Part shown: piece after piece, positions 19,697 to 28,905 of the stretch
Numbering within the stretch: the first letter of the stretch is position 1
Layout: every line of letters begins with the position of its first letter
Sequence record: DRR378314_1330
DNA: 36,721 bases
Direction: 5' to 3' (one strand)
Translations under genes and position numbers: made by a program
Notes under the pieces: model-generated
Seen by the model: only the letters and a program-made list of their open reading frames with translations
What the model was told of the DNA's origin: nothing
Databases searched by the model: none

Positions 19697-20290
19697 TCAA
19701 ACTTCGAGAGTCGTCACCCGCCACTTCGCCCATTCGAGGAAGACACCTCGAAATGACCCCGGATCGCTCCAGATACGAGACGGGTCATTCACCGTGCGCA
19801 CAGGCCAGGCAATCAGTTCCAGATCCGGCATGGCCTTCTTCAGCACGATCAGGCTGCGCGGCATGTGATAATCGGAGGTGACGATGATCAGGCTCTTGTA
19901 ACCTCGCTCATAGGCCCAGGCCGCCGTCTCATCTGCATTGCCCAGCGTGGTCTCGGCCATATAGCCAATATCGACGCAGCATGCCCACACCTCCTCGGAT
20001 CCGCCTGCCAGCGCGATCAAGTCCGCTTTCGGCACATCGGGGTTCACGCCTGAAATCAGCATCCTTCTGCCCCGACCTTTTCCGACGAGTTCCACGCCCG
20101 CGGCGATCCTGAGACCTGATCCCCCCGTCAGCGCGACAATCGCATCGGCCGTCACGTCCGGCGAACGGTCTGCATTAGCCGCGCGATTTGCAAACAGCAC
20201 AAAATCAGCAATCGCCAGAACCAGCCCCGCCAGGAACAGGGCCGGCACCACGCCGATACGTCGTTTCCGCAATCGTTGTTCGCCGCTCAC
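19697..20290 (-). CDS. YdcF / DUF218 family protein
   Basis: DAIVALTGG..RI, LISG, TTLGNADE, IVTSDYHMPRS, E..K. Follows ftsX. Confidence 0.9.
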   Translation of the reverse strand: MSGEQRLRKRRIGVVPALFLAGLVLAIADFVLFANRAANADRSPDVTADAIVALTGGSGLRIAAGVELVGKGRGRRMLISGVNPDVPKADLIALAGGSEEVWACCVDIGYMAETTLGNADETAAWAYERGYKSLIIVTSDYHMPRSLIVLKKAMPDLELIAWPVRTVNDPSRIWSDPGSFRGVFLEWAKWRVTTLEV

Positions 20291-21156
20291 ATCACACTCT
20301 TCAGGGAACGGATAACTGTAACACGCGCCGCAATGCGCGCGGCCAGCCCCGCGATCACCGGGGTCAGCACCAGGATCAGCAAATCGACAATATCGAGACT
20401 CAGTACGGGCAAAAGACCTGATCGCGCTCCGCTGGAATGCACCCCGAAGATCATCGCCGCCGCCGCGCCAAGCGCGAGCAAAGCGCCAACTGCCCCTGCC
20501 CTCAGCCCCAGAAGCCAGAAACGGCGCTCGAACAGCCCGGCAATGTAGCGATCCCGCGCGCCGGCCAGATGCAGAACATCAACAATATCCCTCCGCGCCA
20601 AAAGCGCCGCATGCGTTGCAAACGCGATGACGGCCACGGCCGTTGACGCCAACAGAGCTACGGCAGTCAGCGCCACAAGACGCGCGATCGCCAGCATCCT
20701 TCGGACATCCCCTGCCCAATCGGCATGTTCGTCCACGGCATGTGCATATCCGGCCTCCGTAAGACGCCGTTCAAGCGTTGGGCCCATGAATTGCGTGTCA
20801 GGTTCAGCGGTGACGGCGATCAGCTGCGGCAAGGGCAGGCTTTCCGGCAGGCCACGGCTGCCAAAGTTCGGCTCCAAAAGCGCATCAATTTCCTGTTTGG
20901 ACAGAAGCCGCGCTTCGCGCACGCCTTCGGTTGCCTCAATCAATTGCCGCGCCTCTTCGGCGCCGCGCCGGTCTGCATCCGGCAGGGACACTGTCAGTTC
21001 CCCCTCAACCTCAGCCGTCCAGCTGCGCGCAGCGCCATAAGTCGACTTCGCCGAGAGCGTTGCCAGTGCGGCCAGGAAGCAGAGCGCACCGACGACGAAG
21101 AACAGCGCCATTTCGCGCGCATCCTCTACAGGCAGAAGCGGGGTTTCCTTTGCCAT
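20287..21156 (-). CDS. ftsX: Cell division ABC permease FtsX
   Basis: Four TM segments, LLEP..G..LPLPQLI periplasmic loop, VLHLAGARDRYIA. Directly after ftsE. Confidence 0.9.
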   Translation of the reverse strand: MAKETPLLPVEDAREMALFFVVGALCFLAALATLSAKSTYGAARSWTAEVEGELTVSLPDADRRGAEEARQLIEATEGVREARLLSKQEIDALLEPNFGSRGLPESLPLPQLIAVTAEPDTQFMGPTLERRLTEAGYAHAVDEHADWAGDVRRMLAIARLVALTAVALLASTAVAVIAFATHAALLARRDIVDVLHLAGARDRYIAGLFERRFWLLGLRAGAVGALLALGAAAAMIFGVHSSGARSGLLPVLSLDIVDLLILVLTPVIAGLAARIAARVTVIRSLKSVM

Positions 21157-21158
21157 GC

Positions 21159-21908
21159 CTAATCCACCGTCTTCACGATATCGGTCCGGCGACGCGCCGC
21201 CGGGCCATATTCGACATCCTGGACCAGCAGGCCATGCTGCAGCCGGAAAACCGGCGCATCGACCTGCCGCACGAGGCCCAAATCATGCGTGGCGATGATG
21301 ACTGTAGTCGCTCGCCGCTTGTTAAGCTCAAGGAAGAGGCGCATCAGGCGCGCGCCCATTTCCGGATCAACATTCCCGGTCGGTTCGTCTGCGATCAGGA
21401 TATCCGGCTGGGTCACCACGGCACGGGCGATGGCAACGCGCTGCTGCTCCCCGCCGGACAGGGTTGGCGGGCGCGAATGCATGCGTTCTCCAAGGCCGAC
21501 CCAGGCCAGCAGCTCCTCGACATCATGGCGATAGCTCGCTTCCTTGCGCCCCAGAACGCGCAGGGGCAGCGCAACATTCTCGTACGCGGTCAGATGATCC
21601 AGCAGGCGGAACTCCTGGAACACGACCCCAACCCGCCGACGCAGCGCAGACAACTGGTCGCGCGTCAGGCGGCTGGTTGGTCGGCCGAACAGTGAAACTT
21701 CGCCACGTGTCGGCTTCAGTGCCAGATAAAGCAGTTTCAGCAGGCTGGTCTTGCCCGCGCCGGAGGCTCCGGTCAGAAAGCTGAACGATCCGGGTTTCAG
21801 GACAAGATCAATCCCGCTAAGGATGTCTTCCGACGTGTCGTAACGCAGCGAGACGCCATCAAGGCGCACGGCGACATCGTCAAAAAGGTCATGGCGGGGA
21901 AGAGTCAT
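21159..21908 (-). CDS. ftsE: Cell division ATP-binding protein FtsE
   Basis: GASGAGKTS Walker A, GVVFQEFRLL, LSGGEQQR, ADEPTGNVD, ATHD. Confidence 0.95.
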   Translation of the reverse strand: MTLPRHDLFDDVAVRLDGVSLRYDTSEDILSGIDLVLKPGSFSFLTGASGAGKTSLLKLLYLALKPTRGEVSLFGRPTSRLTRDQLSALRRRVGVVFQEFRLLDHLTAYENVALPLRVLGRKEASYRHDVEELLAWVGLGERMHSRPPTLSGGEQQRVAIARAVVTQPDILIADEPTGNVDPEMGARLMRLFLELNKRRATTVIIATHDLGLVRQVDAPVFRLQHGLLVQDVEYGPAARRRTDIVKTVD

Positions 21909-21970
21909 CAGCTCCTATCCTGTGCTCGTTCGAGTGGATTATTGGGGCGAATTGCGGGAAACACCAAGTC

Positions 21971-22687
21971 ATGATCCTCACTTGTCCCCATTGTGAAACC
22001 CAGTATTTCGCCGATGACTCAACAATCGGTGAAAGTGGCCGCACCGTGAAGTGTGCCGCATGTGGTGGATCATGGTTTGTTGAGCCGAAAAACCTTGACG
22101 AAACCGTGCGCCGAACCCCTGCCGCCGCGCACGAAATCTACCGCGAGAAGGTCCGCGCCCAGCGTCGTCGGCGCAGCCGGACCGCCGCCCTGCTCTCCTG
22201 GCTCATCACAGCCGCCATCTTTTTTGCGCTAGGCGTCGGCGCCATCGTCTACCGCAATGAAGTGGTGAAACTCTGGCCGGAAGCGGGCAGCGCCTACAAG
22301 CAGATCGGCTTCAAGGTGAACCGGTTCGGGCTGGAATTCGAAGACATCGAGCGCAGCCGCACCTTCAATGACACCATCCCGATCGTCACAGTGTCCGGCA
22401 AGGCGTTGAACGTGTCCCACTCAACCGTCGATTCGCCCGCTGTGCGTGTGGACCTGAAAGACGAAATCGGACTCGTGGTCGCTACCACCTATGGCCGCAT
22501 CAGCCCGGCGCAGCTGGGCGCAGGCGAATCCGGCAGCTTCCGCGTGGTCGTGGAACAAGCGCCGATGGAGAGCTTCGAAATCGAACTCAAATTTGTCGAC
22601 TTGTCTGAAATTCCGGCAGAGGCGCCTGAACCTGACATGCCAAGCGAGCCTGCAAATTCAGCTGAAATGGACGCCGCCGAAGAATGA
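21971..22687 (+). CDS. zitP: Zinc-ribbon / DUF3426 bitopic polarity protein, ZitP-like
   Basis: MILTCPHC..YF..GRTVKCAACGGSW zinc finger, one TM, WPE..Y..IG..VN.FGLEF (DUF3426). Divergent from ftsEX, as recalled for Caulobacter. Confidence 0.8.
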   Translation: MILTCPHCETQYFADDSTIGESGRTVKCAACGGSWFVEPKNLDETVRRTPAAAHEIYREKVRAQRRRRSRTAALLSWLITAAIFFALGVGAIVYRNEVVKLWPEAGSAYKQIGFKVNRFGLEFEDIERSRTFNDTIPIVTVSGKALNVSHSTVDSPAVRVDLKDEIGLVVATTYGRISPAQLGAGESGSFRVVVEQAPMESFEIELKFVDLSEIPAEAPEPDMPSEPANSAEMDAAEE

Positions 22688-23214
22688 CCGACATGCCGAA
22701 AATCGAGGTGATCGTGCCAGAAGACGAACTTCTGGCGGAGATCGACAAACTGGCCGAAACGCTGGCCCCGCGCCTGACGGGCGAATGGACTGTTGTTTCC
22801 ATCCTGATTGGCGCCACCCCCTTCACATCCGACCTGATGAAAGCCCTCGCTCGGCGCGACATTCACCCCACGCTCGACGTGATCTGGCTGGAATCCTATC
22901 GCGATGCGCGGGAAAGCTCGGGCCGCGTCGTTGTGCGCGCAGACCTCGCCCGGTCCGTGAAGGACAAGGGCGTGATCATTCTGGACGACGTGTTCGATAC
23001 GGGCCGCACGCTCGCCTTTGCCAAGACACACATGCTGGCCAAGGGTGCGCGCGAAGTCATCACCTGCGCCCTCACCCAAAAACCCTGGGCCCCGCGCGGC
23101 GAAAACGGTGTCGATTACTGCGCCATTGATGCGCCAGGTCGCTACCTTGTCGGCTATGGCATGGATGATGCCGGCAAATATCGCGGCCTGCCCTATATCG
23201 GCGCACTGGACTAG
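22684..23214 (+). CDS. hpt: Hypoxanthine phosphoribosyltransferase family protein
   Basis: ILIGATPFTSDL, IILDDVFDTGRTL PRPP motif, LVGYGMD..YRGLPYI. Confidence 0.88.
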   Translation: MTDMPKIEVIVPEDELLAEIDKLAETLAPRLTGEWTVVSILIGATPFTSDLMKALARRDIHPTLDVIWLESYRDARESSGRVVVRADLARSVKDKGVIILDDVFDTGRTLAFAKTHMLAKGAREVITCALTQKPWAPRGENGVDYCAIDAPGRYLVGYGMDDAGKYRGLPYIGALD

Positions 23215-23241
23215 GCCTGCCCGGACCGGTTTCCGTCGAAA

Positions 23242-24228
23242 TTACAGGATCGCCGGAATCACGCGGTCTGGTGGGCGGTGGCCGTCGGCGAAGGTCTTGA
23301 TGTTGATGATGACCTTCTCGCCCATCTCCGTGCGGCCTTCGATCGTGGCCGAGCCCATATGCGGCAACAGCACGACATTCGGCAGGCCGAACAATTCCTC
23401 GTTCACCGTCGGCTCGCGCTCGAACACGTCGAGGCCCGCTCCGGCAATCTTGCCCGCCTTCAGCGCGCGGGCCAGCGCTGCTTCGTCGATCACCTCACCG
23501 CGCGCCGTATTCACGATATAGGCTTCCGGCTTCATCAGTTCGATCCGGCGCGCATTCATCAGGTGAAAAGTCGCCGGCGTGTGCGGGCAGTTTACCGAAA
23601 CAATGTCCATGCGCGACAGCATCTGGTCGAGACTGTCCCAATAGGTCGCTTCCAGCAATTCCTCAATGCGCGGGCTGACTGGTTTGCGGTTGTGATAATG
23701 GATCTGCAGGCCGAACGCCTTGGCACGGCGCGCAACAGCCTGGCCAATCCGGCCCATGCCGATGATGCCGAGCCGCTTGCCGGCGAGCCGACGCCCCATC
23801 ATCCAGGTTGGGGTCCAGCCATCAAAGCCGCCTGAATTCATCACGTCGGCGCCCTCGAACAGGCGGCGGGGCACAGACAGGATCAGCGCCATGGCCACAT
23901 CTGCCGTGTCATCGGTTAGCACGCCGGGCGTATTGGTCACCGTGATGCCTCGCTGCACCGCGCTCTGCACGTCGATATTGTCGACCCCTGCCCCAAACTG
24001 GGCGATCAGGCGCAGCTGCTCTCCCGCGCGGGCCATGACGCGCCCATCCAGGCGGTCTGTCACCGTGGGCACCAGAACGTCCGCGCTCTGCATCGCCTCA
24101 ACCAGTTCTTCCTGCGTGAAGGGGTGATCATCATCATTCAGCTTCGCATCGAACAGCTCTTTCAAGCGCAATTCGACTGGGGCGGGCAGCTTGCGGGTGA
24201 CGACAACTTTCAGCTTCTTCGCGGACAT
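23242..24228 (-). CDS. D-2-hydroxyacid dehydrogenase (glyoxylate reductase / D-glycerate dehydrogenase type)
   Basis: Start MSAKKLKVVVTRKLP at 24228. VTNTPGVL, GMGRIG, VNTARG, GLDVFERE, LPHMGSAT. Confidence 0.92.
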   Translation of the reverse strand: MSAKKLKVVVTRKLPAPVELRLKELFDAKLNDDDHPFTQEELVEAMQSADVLVPTVTDRLDGRVMARAGEQLRLIAQFGAGVDNIDVQSAVQRGITVTNTPGVLTDDTADVAMALILSVPRRLFEGADVMNSGGFDGWTPTWMMGRRLAGKRLGIIGMGRIGQAVARRAKAFGLQIHYHNRKPVSPRIEELLEATYWDSLDQMLSRMDIVSVNCPHTPATFHLMNARRIELMKPEAYIVNTARGEVIDEAALARALKAGKIAGAGLDVFEREPTVNEELFGLPNVVLLPHMGSATIEGRTEMGEKVIINIKTFADGHRPPDRVIPAIL

Positions 24229-24361
24229 AGGGACTCTTTTTGCAAATATTCTCAATCGGGCCTTAGCAGAGGGATCGGGACACGCCAACGCTTCATGTTT
24301 TACACAAGATTCATTTGCGTATGGAATTCTAGCCCCTCGCAGACATGGGAAAAGACTGCAC

Positions 24362-24865
24362 ATGAAGCGGGCAGTGGTCATCTTAACGGGCTTTCTCGTC
24401 GCGAGCGCTGCGGCGTTTGCGCAAGGGGCCGACTATGTCCGCGTCAGCAAATTTTCCGGTAAGGAAGTGCCGCGTTTCGAAACACTGAAATACAACGCCG
24501 TGAATGGCCGCGCCGGCCCAAGCCGGGACCACCCCATTGTCTGGCGGTATGAGCGCAAGGGCCTGCCTCTGCTGATCATCAAGGAAAGTCAGAACTGGCG
24601 CCGCGTGCGCGACCCGGAAGGAGCCGAAGTCTGGGTTCACGCCCGCATGCTGGAGCCTGACACGATCGCAATGGTCCAGTCCGACACGGTCATGCACAAG
24701 GCACCGGACGCGATGAGCCCGAAAGTTGCGCGCCTTGAGGCCACCGTGCTGGTCGAACTCGACGGATGTGGCCAGGGTTGGTGCAAGGTAACGGCCAAGC
24801 ACTACAAGGGCTTTGTCCCGACGACCGCGCTCTGGGGCGACAATACCAGCGCCGCTGCGCTGTAA
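24362..24865 (+). CDS. Secreted SH3-domain (SH3_4 type) protein
   Basis: Signal peptide MKRAVVILTGFLVASAAAFAQ, VPRF..L..VNGRAGP..HPI.W.Y...GLP, WRRVRDPEG..WVH, C..GWCKV..LWG. Confidence 0.87.
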   Translation: MKRAVVILTGFLVASAAAFAQGADYVRVSKFSGKEVPRFETLKYNAVNGRAGPSRDHPIVWRYERKGLPLLIIKESQNWRRVRDPEGAEVWVHARMLEPDTIAMVQSDTVMHKAPDAMSPKVARLEATVLVELDGCGQGWCKVTAKHYKGFVPTTALWGDNTSAAAL

Positions 24866-24893
24866 GCCAACACACTCCGACACCCCATCAGAG

Positions 24894-24899
24894 TTGACA
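24894..24899 (+). promoter_or_regulatory. Putative sigma70 -35 box upstream of fabA
   Basis: Exact TTGACA about 60 nt before the fabA ATG; no clear -10 box. Confidence 0.4.
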
Positions 24900-24956
24900 A
24901 TCCGGGCCGCACAGGCTCGAACGGCGACTTGCGCTTGAATGAACAAGGGAACCGCC

Positions 24957-25484
24957 ATGTCCGGACCGCACGATTATCACACGCCTCAATCCTCCTATTC
25001 CAAGGAAGACCTGCTGAAATCCGGCGCGGGCGGCTATTTCGGACCTGGCAATGCCCAATTGCCGATCCCGCCGATGCTAATGATGGACCGGATCACCGAA
25101 ATCACCATGGATGGTGGCGAGTACGGCAAGGGCAGCGTGATCGGCGAGCTCGATATTACGCCGGACCTCTGGTTCTTCGAATGCCACTTCCCCGGCGACC
25201 CTGTGATGCCCGGTTGCCTTGGCCTTGATGCCATGTGGCAGGCCGTAGGCTACTGGCTCGGCTGGTCCGGCAGCCCCGGCAAGGGACGCGCGCTCGGCGT
25301 GGGCGAAGTGAAGTTCACCGGGGAAATCACGCCGGACAAGAAACTCGTGAAATATGTCATCGACATCAAACGCGTGCGCCGCGGCAAGCTGAACCTCGGG
25401 ATCGCTGACGGCCGCGTCTATGTCGACGGCGAACACGTCTACACTGCCCTCGACATGAAGGTCGGCTTGAAGAACGTGCTCTAG
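24957..25484 (+). CDS. fabA: 3-hydroxyacyl-ACP dehydratase / trans-2-decenoyl-ACP isomerase
   Basis: [54 protein letters not shown]. Confidence 0.96.
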   Translation: MSGPHDYHTPQSSYSKEDLLKSGAGGYFGPGNAQLPIPPMLMMDRITEITMDGGEYGKGSVIGELDITPDLWFFECHFPGDPVMPGCLGLDAMWQAVGYWLGWSGSPGKGRALGVGEVKFTGEITPDKKLVKYVIDIKRVRRGKLNLGIADGRVYVDGEHVYTALDMKVGLKNVL

Positions 25485-25592
25485 CGCGCAGGCCTTCATG
25501 CGCATTGCACAAAATGCGCACAACAAGCCTGCCCCATGACAGATTGACGGACCTGCGGTACTTTCCCCTCTTGGGAGAAAAGGGGACTCCGC

Positions 25593-27362
25593 ATGGCCTA
25601 TTGGAAAACAGGCACGATTCTTACAGCTGCTGTGCTGGCGCTCGGCGGCGTTGACCTGGCGGAGCGGCCTCAGCAGGCCCCTTTCCCGGATCCCGTTCTT
25701 TTGTCAGGCGAGTCCTGTCTCGGCAGCGGAAGCAGCGCTCGGCGCCTCGGCCTGTTTCTGGGCGCAGCGCGCGCCTATGCGGAGTCCGGAGTGATCGTCA
25801 ACAATTTCGCCGCAGGTTTGAGCGCGCCGGTGATCACCTATCCCATCACCACCAAATCCGAAGACGCGCAGGATCTTTTCGACCTTGGTCTGTCCCTTGT
25901 GATCAGCTTCAATCATGACGCCGCGATTGATGTATTTCGTCAGGCGCAGGCGGCTGACCCGAACTGCGCGATGTGCCATTGGGGCGAGGCGTTTGCGCGG
26001 GGCAGCAACCTGAACATGGCGGTTGGCGAGGATGCCCTTCAGTTGGCACACGATGCGGCGCAGGCTGCCAAGCTTCGGGCCTCCGACACACCCGTTCTTG
26101 AGCAGGTGCTTATCGACGCAACGATCGCCCGGTATCCGCTCACCGAAGAGGGCGGTGTCGCGGAAGACCCGATAGCCTTCGCGGACGCAATGGCGCTGGC
26201 AGCGGTGCGATTTCCCAATGATGATCTCGTTCTCTCCCTCGCCGCCGAAGCGGGCATGAACACCCAGCCCTGGGACTATTGGGAGGCGGATGGGCACACG
26301 CCGAAAGGCCGGACAGCAGACGTCGTCACGACGCTGGAAACCGTGCTGAACAGAAATCCGGAATTCGTCCATGCCATCCACCTCTACATCCATGCCACCG
26401 AGGCGTCCGATGATCCTTGGCGTGCAATCGAGACCGCTGAACACCTGCCGCAGCTTGCCCCGCAATCCGGCCATCTCGTCCACATGCCTTCACATCTCTG
26501 GTACCTGACCGGCCAGTGGAAGCGGTCGATGGAGTCCAATCTGGCGGCCGCGCAGGCTGACGAGCTCTATATTGCGAGCGGCAACGCCCCGCCGCTCTAT
26601 GAGTATGGATACTATCCACACAATCTCCATTTCATCCTGACATCGGCGATGATGGCCGGGGACGGAATGACCGCTTTGTCGACAGCCTCCAAACTGGACG
26701 CAGCACTGCCACAGGACATGTCCTCGCTTGCGCCGTGGATCACCCTGATCCGTCCGTCCACCTACTATGCCCACGCGCAGTTCTCGGCCCCGGAAACTGT
26801 GTTGAGACTGCCCGATCCGGGCACAGAGTCCGTCATGGACAAGATTGCCTGGCACTATGCGCGGGGGCTGGCCTTCGCAGCTGAAGGCGACACCGCCAGC
26901 GCACAGTCCGAAACCGACCAGATTGATGCTCTAGTCTCCAGCGAGGGCGTGGCGGAACTGGAAGCACAATACCTTCCGGCGGGCGACATCGCCCGGATCT
27001 CATCTCTGGTCATATCCGCTCGGATCGCCGCTCAGGATGGCGATTTGCCTTCCGCCATTTCGCTGATGGAGCGCGCCGCAGACCTGCAGGATGCGCTGCC
27101 CTATAGCGAGCCGCCAATCTGGTACTATCCCGCCCGCCAGACCCTCGCCGCGATGCTGCTTCAGGATGGTCAGACGGATCGGGCCGAGCGCATGTTCCAT
27201 CGCGCCCTGCTGAAATCCCCGAACAATGCCCATGCCCTTTACGGCCTGTGGCAGACCTACAAGGCAAAGGGCGACCGCCGGTCTGCGCGCTACGCCAAAT
27301 ACCTGTTCAAGAAGGCATGGATGGGCAAGCGCGGCACCACACCAGACTTGATGCGGCTCTGA
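25593..27362 (+). CDS. Exported TPR-like helical protein with His-rich motifs, function unknown
   Basis: N-terminal hydrophobic signal; AQDLFDLGL...FNHDAA, DPNCAMCHWGEA, PWDYW, HAIHLYIHA.E, GHLVHMPSH, YYPHNLHF, LPYSEPP.W..P.R, PNN.HALYGL. Confidence 0.85.
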   Translation: MAYWKTGTILTAAVLALGGVDLAERPQQAPFPDPVLLSGESCLGSGSSARRLGLFLGAARAYAESGVIVNNFAAGLSAPVITYPITTKSEDAQDLFDLGLSLVISFNHDAAIDVFRQAQAADPNCAMCHWGEAFARGSNLNMAVGEDALQLAHDAAQAAKLRASDTPVLEQVLIDATIARYPLTEEGGVAEDPIAFADAMALAAVRFPNDDLVLSLAAEAGMNTQPWDYWEADGHTPKGRTADVVTTLETVLNRNPEFVHAIHLYIHATEASDDPWRAIETAEHLPQLAPQSGHLVHMPSHLWYLTGQWKRSMESNLAAAQADELYIASGNAPPLYEYGYYPHNLHFILTSAMMAGDGMTALSTASKLDAALPQDMSSLAPWITLIRPSTYYAHAQFSAPETVLRLPDPGTESVMDKIAWHYARGLAFAAEGDTASAQSETDQIDALVSSEGVAELEAQYLPAGDIARISSLVISARIAAQDGDLPSAISLMERAADLQDALPYSEPPIWYYPARQTLAAMLLQDGQTDRAERMFHRALLKSPNNAHALYGLWQTYKAKGDRRSARYAKYLFKKAWMGKRGTTPDLMRL

Positions 27363-27480
27363 TTGAATCTGACCAGCAGACGATCCGGTCCGCGCGAAAT
27401 GACCGCCCAAAACTTGACGGGCAAAGCGGGGATGCCTAGCGGTTTCCCGTAGAGACATTCACCAAGAGAGGCTTTCCCAC

Positions 27481-28296
27481 ATGGCTGATGACTGGACCCC
27501 GCCGGCAGGCGATCTGATGAAAGGCAAGCGCGGCATCGTAATGGGCGTCGCGAACCAGAATTCCATCGCCTGGGGCATTGCCCGCCAGCTCGCCGCGCAG
27601 GGCGCCGACATCGCCTTCACCTATCAGGGCGAGAACCTTGAGCGCCGCGTCCGCCCGCTGGTCGAAAGCGTCGGCATGGATTTCATGATCCCCGCTGACG
27701 TGACCGATGACGCCTCGATGGATGCCGCCTTCGACGCCGTGAAAGACAAATGGGGCAAGATCGATTTCCTCGTTCACTCCATCGCCTTTGCCGGCAAGGA
27801 CGAGCTGCAAGGCTCGATGGTCGCCAACACGACCCGTGAAGGATTCCGCCGCGCGATGGATATTTCGGTCTTCAGCTTCATCGACACAGCCCGCCGCGCC
27901 AGCGAGATCATGCCCGATGGCGGCGCAATGATCTGCATGACCTATCTCGGCGCAGAGCGCACCGTGCCCTCCTACAATGTCATGGGCGTTGCCAAGGCCG
28001 CGCTCGAAGCCGCAACCCGCTATGCCGCGCGCGATCTTGGCCCGCAGGGTATCCGCGTCAATGCGATCTCCGCTGGCGCGATGCGCACGCTCTCCCTCGC
28101 CGGTATCCGCGGCGGCAAGAGCCTGATGGGCACGGGCCGCGACTGGTCTCTGCTGAAGGAAGACACGCGCATGGAAGGCGTTGCAGGTGCAGCGCTCTAC
28201 CTGCTCTCAGAACTCGGCCACTCCGTCGCCGGTGAAGTCCACCATGTCGACGCCGGCTTCCACGTCGTCGGCGTCCCGGATCTGCCGGAAGAGTAG
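27481..28296 (+). CDS. fabI: Enoyl-ACP reductase (NADH)
   Basis: GKRGIVMGVANQNSIAWGIA, VHSIAFA, YNVMGVAKAALE, IRVNAISAG..RTL, HVDAG. Confidence 0.95.
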   Translation: MADDWTPPAGDLMKGKRGIVMGVANQNSIAWGIARQLAAQGADIAFTYQGENLERRVRPLVESVGMDFMIPADVTDDASMDAAFDAVKDKWGKIDFLVHSIAFAGKDELQGSMVANTTREGFRRAMDISVFSFIDTARRASEIMPDGGAMICMTYLGAERTVPSYNVMGVAKAALEAATRYAARDLGPQGIRVNAISAGAMRTLSLAGIRGGKSLMGTGRDWSLLKEDTRMEGVAGAALYLLSELGHSVAGEVHHVDAGFHVVGVPDLPEE

Positions 28297-28383
28297 TACG
28301 CGCTGGCCCAATCTTGGGGAGCGGACTCCTAAACCTAAGCGTGTTATGCTATGCTTCTCCCTCAAGCTGGGAGGGAAATAACC

Positions 28384-28824
28384 ATGTTACGTATCGCGTG
28401 TTCAACCATGACAGCGGCGCTGCTTTTGGCAGGGTGTGGAGAGACTGCCGCAGAGAACCCCGAACCTGATGCCTCGGCGGAGGAAAGTCCGACGTGTCCG
28501 GCCTACGATCCACGCAACGGAAGCGCCGTGATCGACTTCATGCCGGGCATCGTTAAACCTCCAGTGCTGAAGATCCAGTTTCTAGTCGATGCACCGAATG
28601 ACGGCGACGCGTACGAACTCGAATTTGAGAGCATCCAGGAGTCAGCACCTCCGAGCTACGTCTTCGATCTAAAGCGCACTGAAACAGGCATGCTCCATGT
28701 CATCACCGAAACGTCCGTTGGATACACTCAGTCGGACTTTCCTGAGTCGGAACTCCGCTCAATCGTGATCAATTGCGAAGGCAATCGGTTCTTTGAAATC
28801 GAACCGGTGGAAGTTGTACAGTAG
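28384..28824 (+). CDS. Hypothetical lipoprotein
   Basis: RBS GGAGGG, lipobox LAGC, acidic linker, beta-rich domain with two further Cys. Confidence 0.75.
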   Translation: MLRIACSTMTAALLLAGCGETAAENPEPDASAEESPTCPAYDPRNGSAVIDFMPGIVKPPVLKIQFLVDAPNDGDAYELEFESIQESAPPSYVFDLKRTETGMLHVITETSVGYTQSDFPESELRSIVINCEGNRFFEIEPVEVVQ

Positions 28825-28905
28825 CGATCACGCTTCTGTAATCGCCCGGAACTCCTGCCCGTCTGCCCTGTTGGTCTGGCGAACCCATTCTGACAGGAGA
28901 CTTCC

